NCBI GenBank assembly: GCA_977020255.1
Contig: CDROCS010004085.1
Span: 372,001-436,000 of the forward strand
DNA from: Obrimoposthia wandeli
Lineage: Eukaryota
Direction: 5' to 3'
DNA: 64,000 nucleotides
Shown: positions 53,141-63,519 of the stretch, piece after piece
Numbering within the stretch: position 1 is the stretch's first letter
Layout of the letters: each line of letters begins with the position of its first letter
Program-made: the position numbers and the translations under genes
The notes under the pieces: model-generated
The model's database searches: none
Seen by the model: the letters and a program-made list of their open reading frames with translations, nothing else
Told to the model about the DNA's origin: nothing

Positions 53141-53361
53141 GCGTGAATGTTATTGCTTGAATTATTGAGCCTGCTACCAAGTGCTTTATCAACATGTATT
53201 CCTGACACATTGACGACAGTAACACCGTGATTGTATGACCAAAGATAAGTGATTGAAGACTTGTCGGGTTTCGTGCGCCTACATGTTGGTGACGATACAA
53301 AAGAATGGGCTATTTGTTATCGATGTAAATGACTTAACCATTTCGAAAAGGATTAAAAACC

Positions 53362-54006
53362 ATGACTAAACCACTATTACAAATTGCATTGGATTCAACT
53401 GACTTAGCTACCGCTGTTACTGTTGCGAATAACGTGGAAAGTTTTGTTGATGTGATCGAAATAGGCACTATTCTCGCGTTTGCGGAAGGTATGTCTGCTG
53501 TTAGTACGCTACGTAAACGCCACCCTGAACACATTATTGTATGCGACATGAAAACCACTGATGGCGGGGCGATTTTAGCCAAGATGGCGTTTGAAGCTGG
53601 AGCGGATTGGATCACTGTCTCGGCTGCTGCACATATTGCGACCATCGAAGCGTGTAAGAAAGTAGCGGATGATTTTAATGGCGAAATCCAAATTGAATTG
53701 TACGGAAATTGGACTTTGAATGATGCCCAATCTTGGGTCGATTTAGGCATTAAACAGGCAATTTACCACCGTTCACGTGATGCGGAATTAGCCGGTGTGA
53801 GTTGGACACCTGAAGATATCAGCCGTATGCGAGTGTTGTCTGAAATGGGTATCGAAGTGTCGATTACTGGCGGTATTGTGCCTGAAGACATTCACTTGTT
53901 TGAGGGAATTAAAGCAAAAACCTTCATTGCGGGCCGTGCTCTTGCCAATGAAACGGGGAAGGCGACTGCTGAAGCGCTGCGTACTGAAATTAACAAATAT
54001 TGGTAA
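53362..54006 (+). CDS. ulaD: 3-keto-L-gulonate-6-phosphate decarboxylase
   Basis: LQIALD, CDMKTTDGG and YHRSRDA motifs. Confidence 0.95.
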   Translation: MTKPLLQIALDSTDLATAVTVANNVESFVDVIEIGTILAFAEGMSAVSTLRKRHPEHIIVCDMKTTDGGAILAKMAFEAGADWITVSAAAHIATIEACKKVADDFNGEIQIELYGNWTLNDAQSWVDLGIKQAIYHRSRDAELAGVSWTPEDISRMRVLSEMGIEVSITGGIVPEDIHLFEGIKAKTFIAGRALANETGKATAEALRTEINKYW

Positions 54007-54019
54007 GGACCGAGATATT

Positions 54020-54280
54020 ATGGAATCTTTTGATTTTAATATTACCAATGAAAATGGCTTGCATACTCGCCCAGGGGCTTTGCTGGTGAAAGCTTGTAAG
54101 AGTTTTTCTTCTTCAGTTACGGTGACGAAAGGTGAGCGAACAGTGAACGCCAAAAGTTTGATGAAGTTAATGGGCTTGGGTATTTGTAAGAACGACCAAA
54201 TTCTAGTGGCCGTCGAGGGTGACGATGAAGCTGAAGCGATTGTTTATCTTCACGGTTTTTTGGCTGAATTAAAAGGGTAG
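54020..54280 (+). CDS. HPr-family phosphocarrier (86 aa)
   Basis: NGLHTRP and NAKSLMKLMGLG motifs; SD AAGGA upstream. Confidence 0.9.
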   Translation: MESFDFNITNENGLHTRPGALLVKACKSFSSSVTVTKGERTVNAKSLMKLMGLGICKNDQILVAVEGDDEAEAIVYLHGFLAELKG

Positions 54281-54322
54281 TTAAAGAAACCGCCTAAATT
54301 AGCGAACAAATCCATGATATTG

Positions 54323-54353
54323 AAAAGGCAGTAATTTTCTATTACTGCCTTTT
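54323..54353. terminator. Bidirectional terminator
   Basis: AAAAGGCAGTAAT...ATTACTGCCTTTTT. Confidence 0.85.
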
Positions 54354-54409
54354 TGTTAATAAGAGCTGTTTGTTAATAGGAACGGTAATTACCTATAATT
54401 CAAGCGAGT

Positions 54410-55879
54410 CTAACTACACAGCGTAGCATCAGATTGAGTGCACTCTTCCTGAACCTTCTCCAGTTCCATATGATAGATTTCAATGATTTTTTCTGCAGAA
54501 GCATCAATATCTTTCGCTGTTGTATGGCAACTCAAAACAGAGAACAACATAGTTTTAAGCCCTTTGTAGCCAGACGTAGAGGGGTAACAAAAACCATCTT
54601 GTTGCAGTTGATGAACAATACGGGCGGTCAGCTGATCACGAAATGCGTCATCTCCCTTGCCAAACTGAGCAGAGAAACGGTTTGACACCACATCATTGAG
54701 AATGGTGATGCCATCAACATTACGGAGCTTATCAGCCATTCGTTTCGCTAACGTGCAGCAATTATCTAAATGGGCTTGAATACCTTCTTTACCCAGTGAT
54801 TTGATCGTGGCGTATACTGGCACTCCTCGGGCTCGACGAGAGGCTGATATACCGAAGTTAATGGCATTTCTGTCTGGTTTTGCAATGGCGTCAGTGAGGT
54901 AGTCTCCCATATTATTCCCCCCCATAGCCTTCGCCAATAAAGCTGCATCTTTTACTATCACCATGCCGCTGTCATATGGCATGTTGAACCACTTATGGCC
55001 ATCAGTATCCCATGAGTCTGCTTTCTCTATTCCTTTCAATAAATGCTTTTGCGTATCACTAGCGGCTGACCATAAGCCGATAGCACCATCAACATGAAGC
55101 CAAGCATTCGGGTGGGCTTCAACAGTAGATGCAATTTCATCAAATGGGTCAAAAGCACCAGAATCGATACACCCAGCCTGAGCACAAACTAAGGTTGGTC
55201 CATCACATTCGGCCAGAATCGCTGGCAATGTATCTGGAATAATTCGGAGGTTATGATCAGTGGGAATCGTCTTGATATCATTAAGCCCGATACCAATCAT
55301 TGATAAAGCGCGTTTTATCGTCGAATGAATTTGATCACTCATTACTACATGAATACGGGGCGCGCCATATAAGCCATTTGCAGCAACATCCCAGCCTGCT
55401 TTTTCCAACAAGCTGTTACGTGCCGTGATCAATGCAGTATAAATAGCCTCTTGAGCGCCAGAGGTAAAACCCACACCAGCTGTTTTTGGTAGGTTGAGCA
55501 GATCAAGCATCCATTCCGCAGCCGTTTCTTCAACAATGGATGTCGCGGGGCTTGATACGTAATAAGGTACATTCTGATCCCATGCGCTCACGAGCCAATC
55601 TGCTGCCAACGCAACAGGGAACGACCCTCCAATTGCATAGCCAAAATAACGAGGCCCACCTGAACCGATCAGCCCGACTTCAACATCTTTGACTAATTGC
55701 TGAATAACGTGCTCAGGGGGTGTTCCTGCTATGGGTAATGCGCCGCCAATTGCCTTTCGATGGCTATCAGAACTTGACTGTTTATCAATTGGTCTTTCAG
55801 GCAAAGATTCTAGGTAATCGACCGCATGGTCTAACGAACTATTTAGTAATTGGCGATATTGATTAAATTTATGTGACAT
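54410..55879 (-). CDS. Group II PLP-dependent amino-acid decarboxylase
   Basis: WLHVDGAIG, TDGHKWF (PLP lysine), WDQN and SRRARG motifs. Confidence 0.9.
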   Translation of the reverse strand: MSHKFNQYRQLLNSSLDHAVDYLESLPERPIDKQSSSDSHRKAIGGALPIAGTPPEHVIQQLVKDVEVGLIGSGGPRYFGYAIGGSFPVALAADWLVSAWDQNVPYYVSSPATSIVEETAAEWMLDLLNLPKTAGVGFTSGAQEAIYTALITARNSLLEKAGWDVAANGLYGAPRIHVVMSDQIHSTIKRALSMIGIGLNDIKTIPTDHNLRIIPDTLPAILAECDGPTLVCAQAGCIDSGAFDPFDEIASTVEAHPNAWLHVDGAIGLWSAASDTQKHLLKGIEKADSWDTDGHKWFNMPYDSGMVIVKDAALLAKAMGGNNMGDYLTDAIAKPDRNAINFGISASRRARGVPVYATIKSLGKEGIQAHLDNCCTLAKRMADKLRNVDGITILNDVVSNRFSAQFGKGDDAFRDQLTARIVHQLQQDGFCYPSTSGYKGLKTMLFSVLSCHTTAKDIDASAEKIIEIYHMELEKVQEECTQSDATLCS

Positions 55880-56189
55880 AACAAACCTCATTAAAATGAC
55901 TGAACGACCTCCATAAATTACCCTTGTCATAGATAATTTCTTACCAATTCACGCCAGTCAATGGCATCAATATCTATTCTGTTGGATCTTGAATTGAAGG
56001 CATAGTGGTAGAACGTAGCGTTATTCTCGAACACTCAATACCCAACATTGAACGGATGGATGCATAAATAAAGTATTCGCCATTATCGAAACATCATTGG
56101 CGTGAAATGGTAAATATCAATCTAAATAAACCGATAAATTTACTTCGTTAGCAAGACATTACGAATGTGAATAATATTAAGGCACTCTT

Positions 56190-57452
56190 ATGATTTTGAT
56201 TAAAAATGCGAATCTATTTAACGGTACAGATGACAAACTCATTCAAAATGTGAATGTTGTTATTGAAGACAACATTGTCATAAAAATTACCAAAGATGCC
56301 GTGAATGAAAGCACTATCGATAAAGTGATTGATGCGAATGGGCATACGATAATGCCCGGTTTGATTGATGCTCACGTTCATATTACGTTATCTGAAGCAC
56401 CACATATTTTGGACACCATGACCATCGAGGAAATCGCGATTCGTTCGGCAAAAGTGGCTGAAGGGATGTTGATGCGTGGCTTTACCTCTGTGCGAGATGT
56501 CGCGGGTAATACGGCTGGTTTGAAAGTATCCATCGATAATGGTTATGCCACTGGTCCTCGAATTTTCCCATCTCAAGCCGCAATTTCTCAAACGTCAGGA
56601 CATTCAGATTATCGGCAGAATCGTGGTCAGAAGCGCTTTAATAAGCATGAAGACTCGCCATTGATGAAAACCGGGGCATTTGCTATCGCAGATGGTCGTT
56701 CTGAGGTATTAAAAGCGGTGCGTGAGCAACTGTTTATGGGTGCATCTCAAATCAAGATTATGGCGGGTGGTGGTGCATCATCCATTTTTGATCCACTCGA
56801 TACTCTTCAATATACCTTGGATGAATTGAAAGCAGCGGTTGAAGCAGCATCAGATTACGGTACTTACGTGGCGGCACACATTCACACAACAGAAGCGATG
56901 AAGAGAGCGGTTGAAGCGGGCATAATGTCATTTGAACATGCCACAATTATGGACGAAGAGATTGCTCAAACGATTAAAGAGAAAGGTATTTTTGTTATTC
57001 CTTCCTACTTTACCTCATCACTTATTGCGGAACGAAAAATTCCTTTAGGTTCAGAGGTTTTGTATCAGAAAACAGAGCGCGTTGGAAAAGCCATGCTGCG
57101 TTCTGCAGAGCTGCTTAAAAAGTATGAGATAGAGAATATTTGTTACGGCACAGACTGTGTGGGAACGTTAAATGTTCATGCAACACAATCAAGTGAGCTA
57201 GAAGCCATCGAGAAAGTGTTCGATTCTTTAACGGCATTGAAAATGGCAACGTCGAACTGTGGTCGCTTGTTTGAACTATCTACTTATCAGCACCCTTATC
57301 AAGAAGGAAAAATTGGTCAATTGGTGGAAGGTGCCTACGCTGATTTGCTTATTATCGATGGTAATCCGTTAGAGGGAGTTGCATGTGTAGTGAACCCTGA
57401 AACGCAGAAAGTTATCATGAAAGATGGCGTTTTTTATAAAAACGTCTTTTAA
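56190..57452 (+). CDS. Metal-dependent amidohydrolase (Xaa-Pro dipeptidase-like)
   Basis: PGLIDAHVH, IKIM, AAHIH, FEHA and GTD motifs. Confidence 0.9.
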   Translation: MILIKNANLFNGTDDKLIQNVNVVIEDNIVIKITKDAVNESTIDKVIDANGHTIMPGLIDAHVHITLSEAPHILDTMTIEEIAIRSAKVAEGMLMRGFTSVRDVAGNTAGLKVSIDNGYATGPRIFPSQAAISQTSGHSDYRQNRGQKRFNKHEDSPLMKTGAFAIADGRSEVLKAVREQLFMGASQIKIMAGGGASSIFDPLDTLQYTLDELKAAVEAASDYGTYVAAHIHTTEAMKRAVEAGIMSFEHATIMDEEIAQTIKEKGIFVIPSYFTSSLIAERKIPLGSEVLYQKTERVGKAMLRSAELLKKYEIENICYGTDCVGTLNVHATQSSELEAIEKVFDSLTALKMATSNCGRLFELSTYQHPYQEGKIGQLVEGAYADLLIIDGNPLEGVACVVNPETQKVIMKDGVFYKNVF

Positions 57453-57575
57453 CAAGCGTAACAATCCTGAATATTTACCTGTTTAGGATCAGCTTTACTC
57501 GCTGGCAAACACACTTCCCCAGTAACTAATATCTATCAGGGAAGTGTGTTGCTATCAACGATTAGCTAATAACAA

Positions 57576-58994
57576 TTAGCTGTAAAGGCTAGCGCCAATG
57601 GAAAGGATAATGCAGTTAAGAACGACAAAGAAAGCAACCAGTGGAGCGATGAATTTCAGCCAAGTTACGTAAGGGATACGTGCAATGGCTAGCCCGCCCA
57701 TTAATACGCCATAGGTTGGAGTAACAAATAGAACCGTGCCGATGCCACTCATAAACGCAGTAACGACTAATTCACGACCCGTATTGGCAAAGTCACTCAA
57801 TGGCGCCAAAATTGGCATGCTCATTACAGCTAAGCCAGAAGTAGATGGAACTATGAAAGAGAGCAGCATTTCAATACCGTAGACGGTGTTGATAAACAGC
57901 ACAGAGCTTTTTCCTGCAACAAGCCCTTCTGCGTAATTAAGAATAGTATCGGTGATATTACCCGCTTCCATAACCACTACAATGCCACGAGCGACGCCAA
58001 CAATTAATGCCACGCCAATGAGATCGGCCGCTCCAGCAACGAAAGAGTTGATTAGATCGTCTTCGCTAAGGCGGCCGACAATCCCGCACAAAATACCCAT
58101 GAATATGAACAGTGTAGCCATTTCAGCCATCCACCAACCGAGGCAGGAAACTCCGTAGATCATAATGCTGAATGTCAGGATAAAGAGTACCAAAACCCCT
58201 TTTTGTGGAACGGTCAGTAGAGGAAGGCTGTCAGTTGAATCTTTGCCTCCTAGAAAGTGTTTTTCATTATCGTCGCGTAGATGTGCCAATAAAGATGAAT
58301 CAGGATTATTTTGAATCTTTTTGGCGTAACGCATGACGTAGCCAATGCCGACGACAAGTGCAATGGCGAGTATTGCAAAGCGAAGCTCGACACCACTTAG
58401 AAAATCTACGCTAGCCGCGTTTGAGGCAATAACGGTTCCAAATGGGTTAATGGTTGAGCCTAAGGTGCCAATACCAGTTCCAACGAAGATAACGGCGACG
58501 GCAACTAAGGGGTCAAAGCGTGCGGTCATAAAAATGGGGATCAGCAGACCATAGAAAGCAAGGGATTCTTCGGCCATCCCATAAGATGTACCACCTAGAG
58601 CAAATAGGGTCATCAGGATAGGGATCATATAGATCTCCTTGCCCTTCAAGCGCACCATGATCCGAGCAATACCAGTATCAATGGCTCCTGTTCGGGTCAC
58701 AATACCCAAAAAGCCACCCACCATAAGAACAAACAGGCTGACATCAATAGCACCAATAACGCCGCTTATTGGATCATAGAAGCCAGATATTGGCGCCATT
58801 AACGTATCAAAAAAACCTTGTGGCGATGATTCTATAACATGGTAAGAACCGGGTAATGGAACTTCTCTGCCTAATTGTTCATTCAATTCTCGGGTGTATT
58901 TACCTGCGGGTAATAGGTAGGTCAACGATGCAAAAAACGCAATTAAAAGGAATAAGATCGTAAACGTATTAGGAAACTTCTTAATTTTTAGCAT
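57576..58994 (-). CDS. YfcC-family (ArcD-like basic amino-acid) transporter
   Basis: PNTFTILF, GGTSYGMAEE and VPSTSGLAVMSMPI motifs; many TM segments. Confidence 0.9.
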   Translation of the reverse strand: MLKIKKFPNTFTILFLLIAFFASLTYLLPAGKYTRELNEQLGREVPLPGSYHVIESSPQGFFDTLMAPISGFYDPISGVIGAIDVSLFVLMVGGFLGIVTRTGAIDTGIARIMVRLKGKEIYMIPILMTLFALGGTSYGMAEESLAFYGLLIPIFMTARFDPLVAVAVIFVGTGIGTLGSTINPFGTVIASNAASVDFLSGVELRFAILAIALVVGIGYVMRYAKKIQNNPDSSLLAHLRDDNEKHFLGGKDSTDSLPLLTVPQKGVLVLFILTFSIMIYGVSCLGWWMAEMATLFIFMGILCGIVGRLSEDDLINSFVAGAADLIGVALIVGVARGIVVVMEAGNITDTILNYAEGLVAGKSSVLFINTVYGIEMLLSFIVPSTSGLAVMSMPILAPLSDFANTGRELVVTAFMSGIGTVLFVTPTYGVLMGGLAIARIPYVTWLKFIAPLVAFFVVLNCIILSIGASLYS

Positions 58995-60082
58995 AGTAAT
59001 TCCTTAACGGATTTAGATGAGATAAAGCGCTTTGTGATGTATTCAGAGGTCATGCACTGTAAAACCCCTCCGTAAGAAAGCTCGAATTCAACAAGGCTTC
59101 CGATGCTGTAGTCGATTTCGCTGTCATCAATATCGAGAATAAGGTGATCACTGCTACCACCAATCACAATGATATTGCTGTCTTTTGGGGTTATTTGGTC
59201 GATATCCACATCTTGTTTGCCAATGGCACAAATAGCGCGCCTCCGTAGTCCTCTGTCAATAAATTCGGGTTTGTTACCGAAGGCATCTAGCGCCGTTGAA
59301 TTTACAGGAATTGATGGTTTAACTTTTATTTCGATGATTTCAGCTGTGAGGGAAAATGTACCCTGACTGGTATTGGGGATTCGTTCATCATTGAGGCCAA
59401 TGCCCATCAAAATGGATGCGCCCAGTCTTAACTGGTTAATTCCTTGTGGAAGATTACCGTTAAGCATGAGCGGAAGACCGGCAGAGCTTGCCCCCGAGAG
59501 GTATTGCAACTTGATTTGATGCTCAGTTTCTATCTTCTTGGCGATGGTTATAAGCTGATGTTGATTTTCTGCGGTAGGTTCTACTCCGCCATAACAGGCG
59601 AGGTTTGTTCCAAGGCCCACTAAATCAATGCCAGGAAGTGCGATTGCTTTGCGTGATAGTGCAAGCGTTTCTTCTTCGTAGAATGCGCCTTCGCGAAGAT
59701 CACCCAAATCATGCATGATGATAACTTGGTGCGTTTTGTGCTGTTTTATCGCTTCGTTAGAAAGGGCCTCTAAGGTGACGAGTTCTGAATTTAAGGATAT
59801 ATCTGCATAATGAACAACATCACCAGCTTCACTGATAGCGGGTATTCGTAATAGCATTTTTTTTGTATCGAGATGATGGAGTTTTATTAAATTCGCAATA
59901 CGTGAATCCGCGAGTAAATAAATGCCGCCATCAATGATAGCTTGACCGACTTCCGGATAGGCACAGGCGAGTTTTGTTACGCCAGCGGGTGTAATGCCGT
60001 AATTCTGGCATGTCGTTACTAAATTTTTCGTATTTTTGGTGATCGTATCTAAGTGGATATTAATACATGGATAAGCACTCAT
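58988..60082 (-). CDS. PLP fold-type-III amino-acid racemase (ornithine racemase-like)
   Basis: GVTKL, ADSRIANL, GDLREG, GTNLACYGG, LRLGASIL and GGSSDHLILD motifs. Confidence 0.88.
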   Translation of the reverse strand: MSAYPCINIHLDTITKNTKNLVTTCQNYGITPAGVTKLACAYPEVGQAIIDGGIYLLADSRIANLIKLHHLDTKKMLLRIPAISEAGDVVHYADISLNSELVTLEALSNEAIKQHKTHQVIIMHDLGDLREGAFYEEETLALSRKAIALPGIDLVGLGTNLACYGGVEPTAENQHQLITIAKKIETEHQIKLQYLSGASSAGLPLMLNGNLPQGINQLRLGASILMGIGLNDERIPNTSQGTFSLTAEIIEIKVKPSIPVNSTALDAFGNKPEFIDRGLRRRAICAIGKQDVDIDQITPKDSNIIVIGGSSDHLILDIDDSEIDYSIGSLVEFELSYGGVLQCMTSEYITKRFISSKSVKELLC

Positions 60083-60249
60083 ATATTTACCTTTAGGTAA
60101 TATTGTTATTGATAAACATTGAGCGCTTTTTATAATTAAAGATAAATAGTGACTTTAAGATGAATACATTGTGGGAAATCGATGTAATTAAAAAGATGAA
60201 ATAATATCCACGGGATAAAGCTAATTATCCCGTTTTATTTTTTATTCGA

Positions 60250-61176
60250 TTATATTGATGCAGTAATTAATGTGTTTTTTTTCATGTGAACATTGGAGAT
60301 TGCATGCATTAATTCAGTAGCTGCCAGCGATAAATCTTTTGAGTCAAGTGTCGTTAAATGAAATGCAGCAAGGTACTCGAGAGAAGCCGCATTAACTTTT
60401 ACCATTTCGCCTCTTTGTTCCCAAATAGAGGCATAATGATCGGGAAGGTAACCAACAAAGGTTCCAGACAAGATAAGGTGAGCTGTCGCCTCCATGTTGG
60501 TACTGCTTGCAAGGTGCATTAAATTTTTGGTATTGCTGAATGGTGTGATTTTATGCGATAACCCCCGATCAACTATTGGGAATTTGAGAATATCTTTTGT
60601 GGTGATTTCGCCTGATATCGCTAATATTGGGTGCTCTGGCGCGCAGTATAGGCACTGCTTCTCTTCAAATAAATAGCGGTAGTTCAGGCCATCTTTTTGT
60701 ACTTCAGATGAGGTGATCCCCAGTTCGACCTTTCCTTCTAGTAACATCATTTCAATTTGATAGGAGTTCCAAATATCCGTATCGATAGTGACCTTGGGGT
60801 AATTATTACAAAAATGCCTAATACCTTGCTGAATTTTGCATTGCGGGTTGGTAGCTAGATTGTCGGTGAGTGCCAACCTGATGTGACCATGAGAGACGTC
60901 TCTGATATTATCGAGTTGATTCTCAAAATGACTAATATCATCAAACAATGTTTGGCTGAGTTGGTAAACTTTATTACCGTCACTGGTTAAGCGAAACCCC
61001 CGTCGTCCACGATAACATAATGTCATTCCCAATCGAGTTTCAAGGTCATTCATTTTTGTACTAATTGTTGATTGGTGCATGTTTAGTTTAAATTGCGCTG
61101 CGGAAAAACCACCAGAATCAACAATGGTTATAAATAAATGCAGTAATTTCAAATCAACGTCGTTTATTTTTCGCAT
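60250..61176 (-). CDS. LysR-family regulator
   Basis: DLKLLHLF..IVDSGGFSAAQ..LNMHQSTIST HTH. Confidence 0.94.
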   Translation of the reverse strand: MRKINDVDLKLLHLFITIVDSGGFSAAQFKLNMHQSTISTKMNDLETRLGMTLCYRGRRGFRLTSDGNKVYQLSQTLFDDISHFENQLDNIRDVSHGHIRLALTDNLATNPQCKIQQGIRHFCNNYPKVTIDTDIWNSYQIEMMLLEGKVELGITSSEVQKDGLNYRYLFEEKQCLYCAPEHPILAISGEITTKDILKFPIVDRGLSHKITPFSNTKNLMHLASSTNMEATAHLILSGTFVGYLPDHYASIWEQRGEMVKVNAASLEYLAAFHLTTLDSKDLSLAATELMHAISNVHMKKNTLITASI

Positions 61177-61346
61177 CTCTTTTACTCTATATTTTTTATA
61201 GATAATATTGCATTGATGATTTTAATAATGAGATGCATCGCGGTTTTGTTGCAAAGTTATTCGAAATATAAACACACTGATTTTCAGATAATATTATGCT
61301 TGCTACGCAATGATGAACGTCAAGCGATTGTGCGGAAGAACCCGCC

Positions 61347-62066
61347 TTATTTGCAAAAATCTGGTATCTTCCACCAGATGCTGATCAATGCCAAACCGCT
61401 CATCGTCACTATTGACGCCACCTCTATTGTTCCGGCACCGACAATCATATAAACAAAGATTGTTGAGTATTTTGCAAGCCACCAACTGGCAATGTCTAGC
61501 CATAGTGCAATCCAACTTATTGAAATTAAAGTTACTTTGACATAAGGATTATAATTGCTGCAAGAGAAAGTCAGACTGGTGGCGATTAATAACAATGCAA
61601 TACCAAAAAGATGGATATGAGCAGTTTTTGCCATCGATTGCCAAGAGTAACCCGCTTGAGTGAACTTGCTTACATCATCATAATTACTGAAGGGTATAGA
61701 GTTGATAGCCTTAGATTTTGTTGATGTTCGACTATGGCAGCTTTGGCAATCTTGCTTAAGAATTGTCATTACATCTTGTTGAAATTGATCGTCATCCATA
61801 GCCCCTTTTTTTATCCAATTTTCAATAATTAAAATATCGTCATCGTCAGCAACATATTCATACATTGACGTTTTCATCGACCCTACAAGTTGCGCCTCAC
61901 TGTACTTGGCGTTCATTTTCTCGATGCTTGGCAGATTAAATCCTGTCTCGTTTGACGAATAGACAAGACCAATTAATGTTGCGGCTGACAAGCAACCAAA
62001 TAGCATGGTGATCAGAAAACCAGATATCGCAAGTTTGGATGAAAAGTGTAGGTTATGTAATCGCAT
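61347..62066 (-). CDS. Conserved-looking membrane protein with a single CxxCH motif
   Basis: N-terminal TM, soluble domain with CQSCH, then HIHLFG and 3 TMs. Confidence 0.75.
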   Translation of the reverse strand: MRLHNLHFSSKLAISGFLITMLFGCLSAATLIGLVYSSNETGFNLPSIEKMNAKYSEAQLVGSMKTSMYEYVADDDDILIIENWIKKGAMDDDQFQQDVMTILKQDCQSCHSRTSTKSKAINSIPFSNYDDVSKFTQAGYSWQSMAKTAHIHLFGIALLLIATSLTFSCSNYNPYVKVTLISISWIALWLDIASWWLAKYSTIFVYMIVGAGTIEVASIVTMSGLALISIWWKIPDFCK

Positions 62067-62188
62067 GCGTTTTCCTGTAATCAATATCAAGGATTGAACA
62101 CTCTGGATATAAGGTGCTAATGAATTTGGTAAATTAGCGGTGCTTCTTCAAGAAAAGCACCGGTACAGGATCAATTGGGTATAGCGTG

Positions 62189-63262
62189 TTATTTGAAGTT
62201 GAGCTTTAACGCACCTTCATGATAAATATGATTGATTTGGGAATTATCAAACACAGAAACACCGAAGTAATACGTTTTACTCAGATCTGAAAATTGCACA
62301 TCTTCTACCACGGAATTTTCACCGGTGGTGACTAATTTACGTTGGAACTCAAGCGTCCATTTACCGTCAGCCCAAACGGCTTTAGATGAGATGTCGCCTC
62401 TGGATCCGGTAAACGGGGAAACGACGATGCCAGGCAGTTTATCTCCGGGCTTATAGGTATCGATAAAGGGCGCTTTATCGATGTCTTGAATGGCATAATT
62501 GTCATCAAGATTCATTACTAAGCCACCGTATTCAGGTTCGCTCTTATCTTCATTGATATTATTTTGGTATCCGCCGCCTGTTTTTGAGTCGCCTTTTCGG
62601 CCCCAGTTACTATTTGCTGCGGGATCTTTAGTCGCATCGACAAACTGGTCATCAAACTGATCTGTGAGCCCAGTACGGACACCTTTCCAGTGCCACATAT
62701 CAATGGTTTCACCGTCTTTTCTGGTATATTTACGCCCCGCAGATGTCTGTTCAATACCGGCAACTTTTCCCTCTTCATCTGTTAAATGACAGGCAATGTC
62801 ACAGCCTTTTTTTGAAAATCCTTTGGCATTAATGGCCCAGAAGATACTGGCTTTATCTTCGTAATAGGTATTTTCATGACCCGTTTGATCGAGATTCTTT
62901 TGTTGCTTCCATGAATCATCATCTTGCTTAACCCACGGAAAACGATCAACGCTTTTTGTTGGATCATCCCATTGTACAAAAAAGTAAATATTCTGATCGT
63001 CATGAAGGGATTTGATGGAATATTGTGTTTTAAGCATGCCTTCATATTGATCGGGTTTATAAGGCATATAGTCTAACACCATGGTTAAAGGCTTTGCTTT
63101 TCCCCACTCTTTTTCGGGCTGACCATCTAACGTAATCGTTTGTGTCGTTTTGTAACTGATCAGCGTGTCATTTTCTGACGCTAAGCTCGGTGGTATAAAC
63201 CCAAGGTATAAAGTAGAACTTGCGATACAAACACTTACTGCACGGCTAACAAAAATATTCAC
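62189..63262 (-). CDS. Exported ethylbenzene-dehydrogenase-related (EB_dh/DOMON-like) heme protein
   Basis: GTG at 63262 with SD GAGGTG; signal peptide ending SLA; YYEDKA..FW, GCDIACH, IDMWHWK and WTLEFQRKL motifs. Confidence 0.8.
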   Translation of the reverse strand: MNIFVSRAVSVCIASSTLYLGFIPPSLASENDTLISYKTTQTITLDGQPEKEWGKAKPLTMVLDYMPYKPDQYEGMLKTQYSIKSLHDDQNIYFFVQWDDPTKSVDRFPWVKQDDDSWKQQKNLDQTGHENTYYEDKASIFWAINAKGFSKKGCDIACHLTDEEGKVAGIEQTSAGRKYTRKDGETIDMWHWKGVRTGLTDQFDDQFVDATKDPAANSNWGRKGDSKTGGGYQNNINEDKSEPEYGGLVMNLDDNYAIQDIDKAPFIDTYKPGDKLPGIVVSPFTGSRGDISSKAVWADGKWTLEFQRKLVTTGENSVVEDVQFSDLSKTYYFGVSVFDNSQINHIYHEGALKLNFK

Positions 63263-63436
63263 AGCAAACACCTCGATTTTTATATTGAACGCGAGAACGA
63301 ACACCTGCGTATTTAGTCACTTCATGCCAAGAGTTACTAAGCGCTAAGTTTGCGTGTTGTCATTAAATATAGTTGCCTTCAACATAAACCCGTAGGTCAA
63401 ACCCAAAATACACGTAAAATAATAAAGGTTAATATA

Positions 63437-63465
63437 AAAAAGGGTCTCCGCTTTGGAGACCCTTT
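63437..63465 (-). terminator. Catalase terminator
   Basis: AAAAAAGGGTCTCC-GCTTT-GGAGACCCTTT. Confidence 0.85.
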
Positions 63466-63519
63466 GTGCTTTATTGGCTCGCAATAAAGAATTGTTATGT
63501 GAAGATTAGCGAATGATGC

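Noticed and set aside
53141-53361. 220-bp gap between ulaF and ulaD with two 27-codon ORFs
   Set aside because: No SD or motifs; cannot distinguish a decayed gene from spacer DNA.
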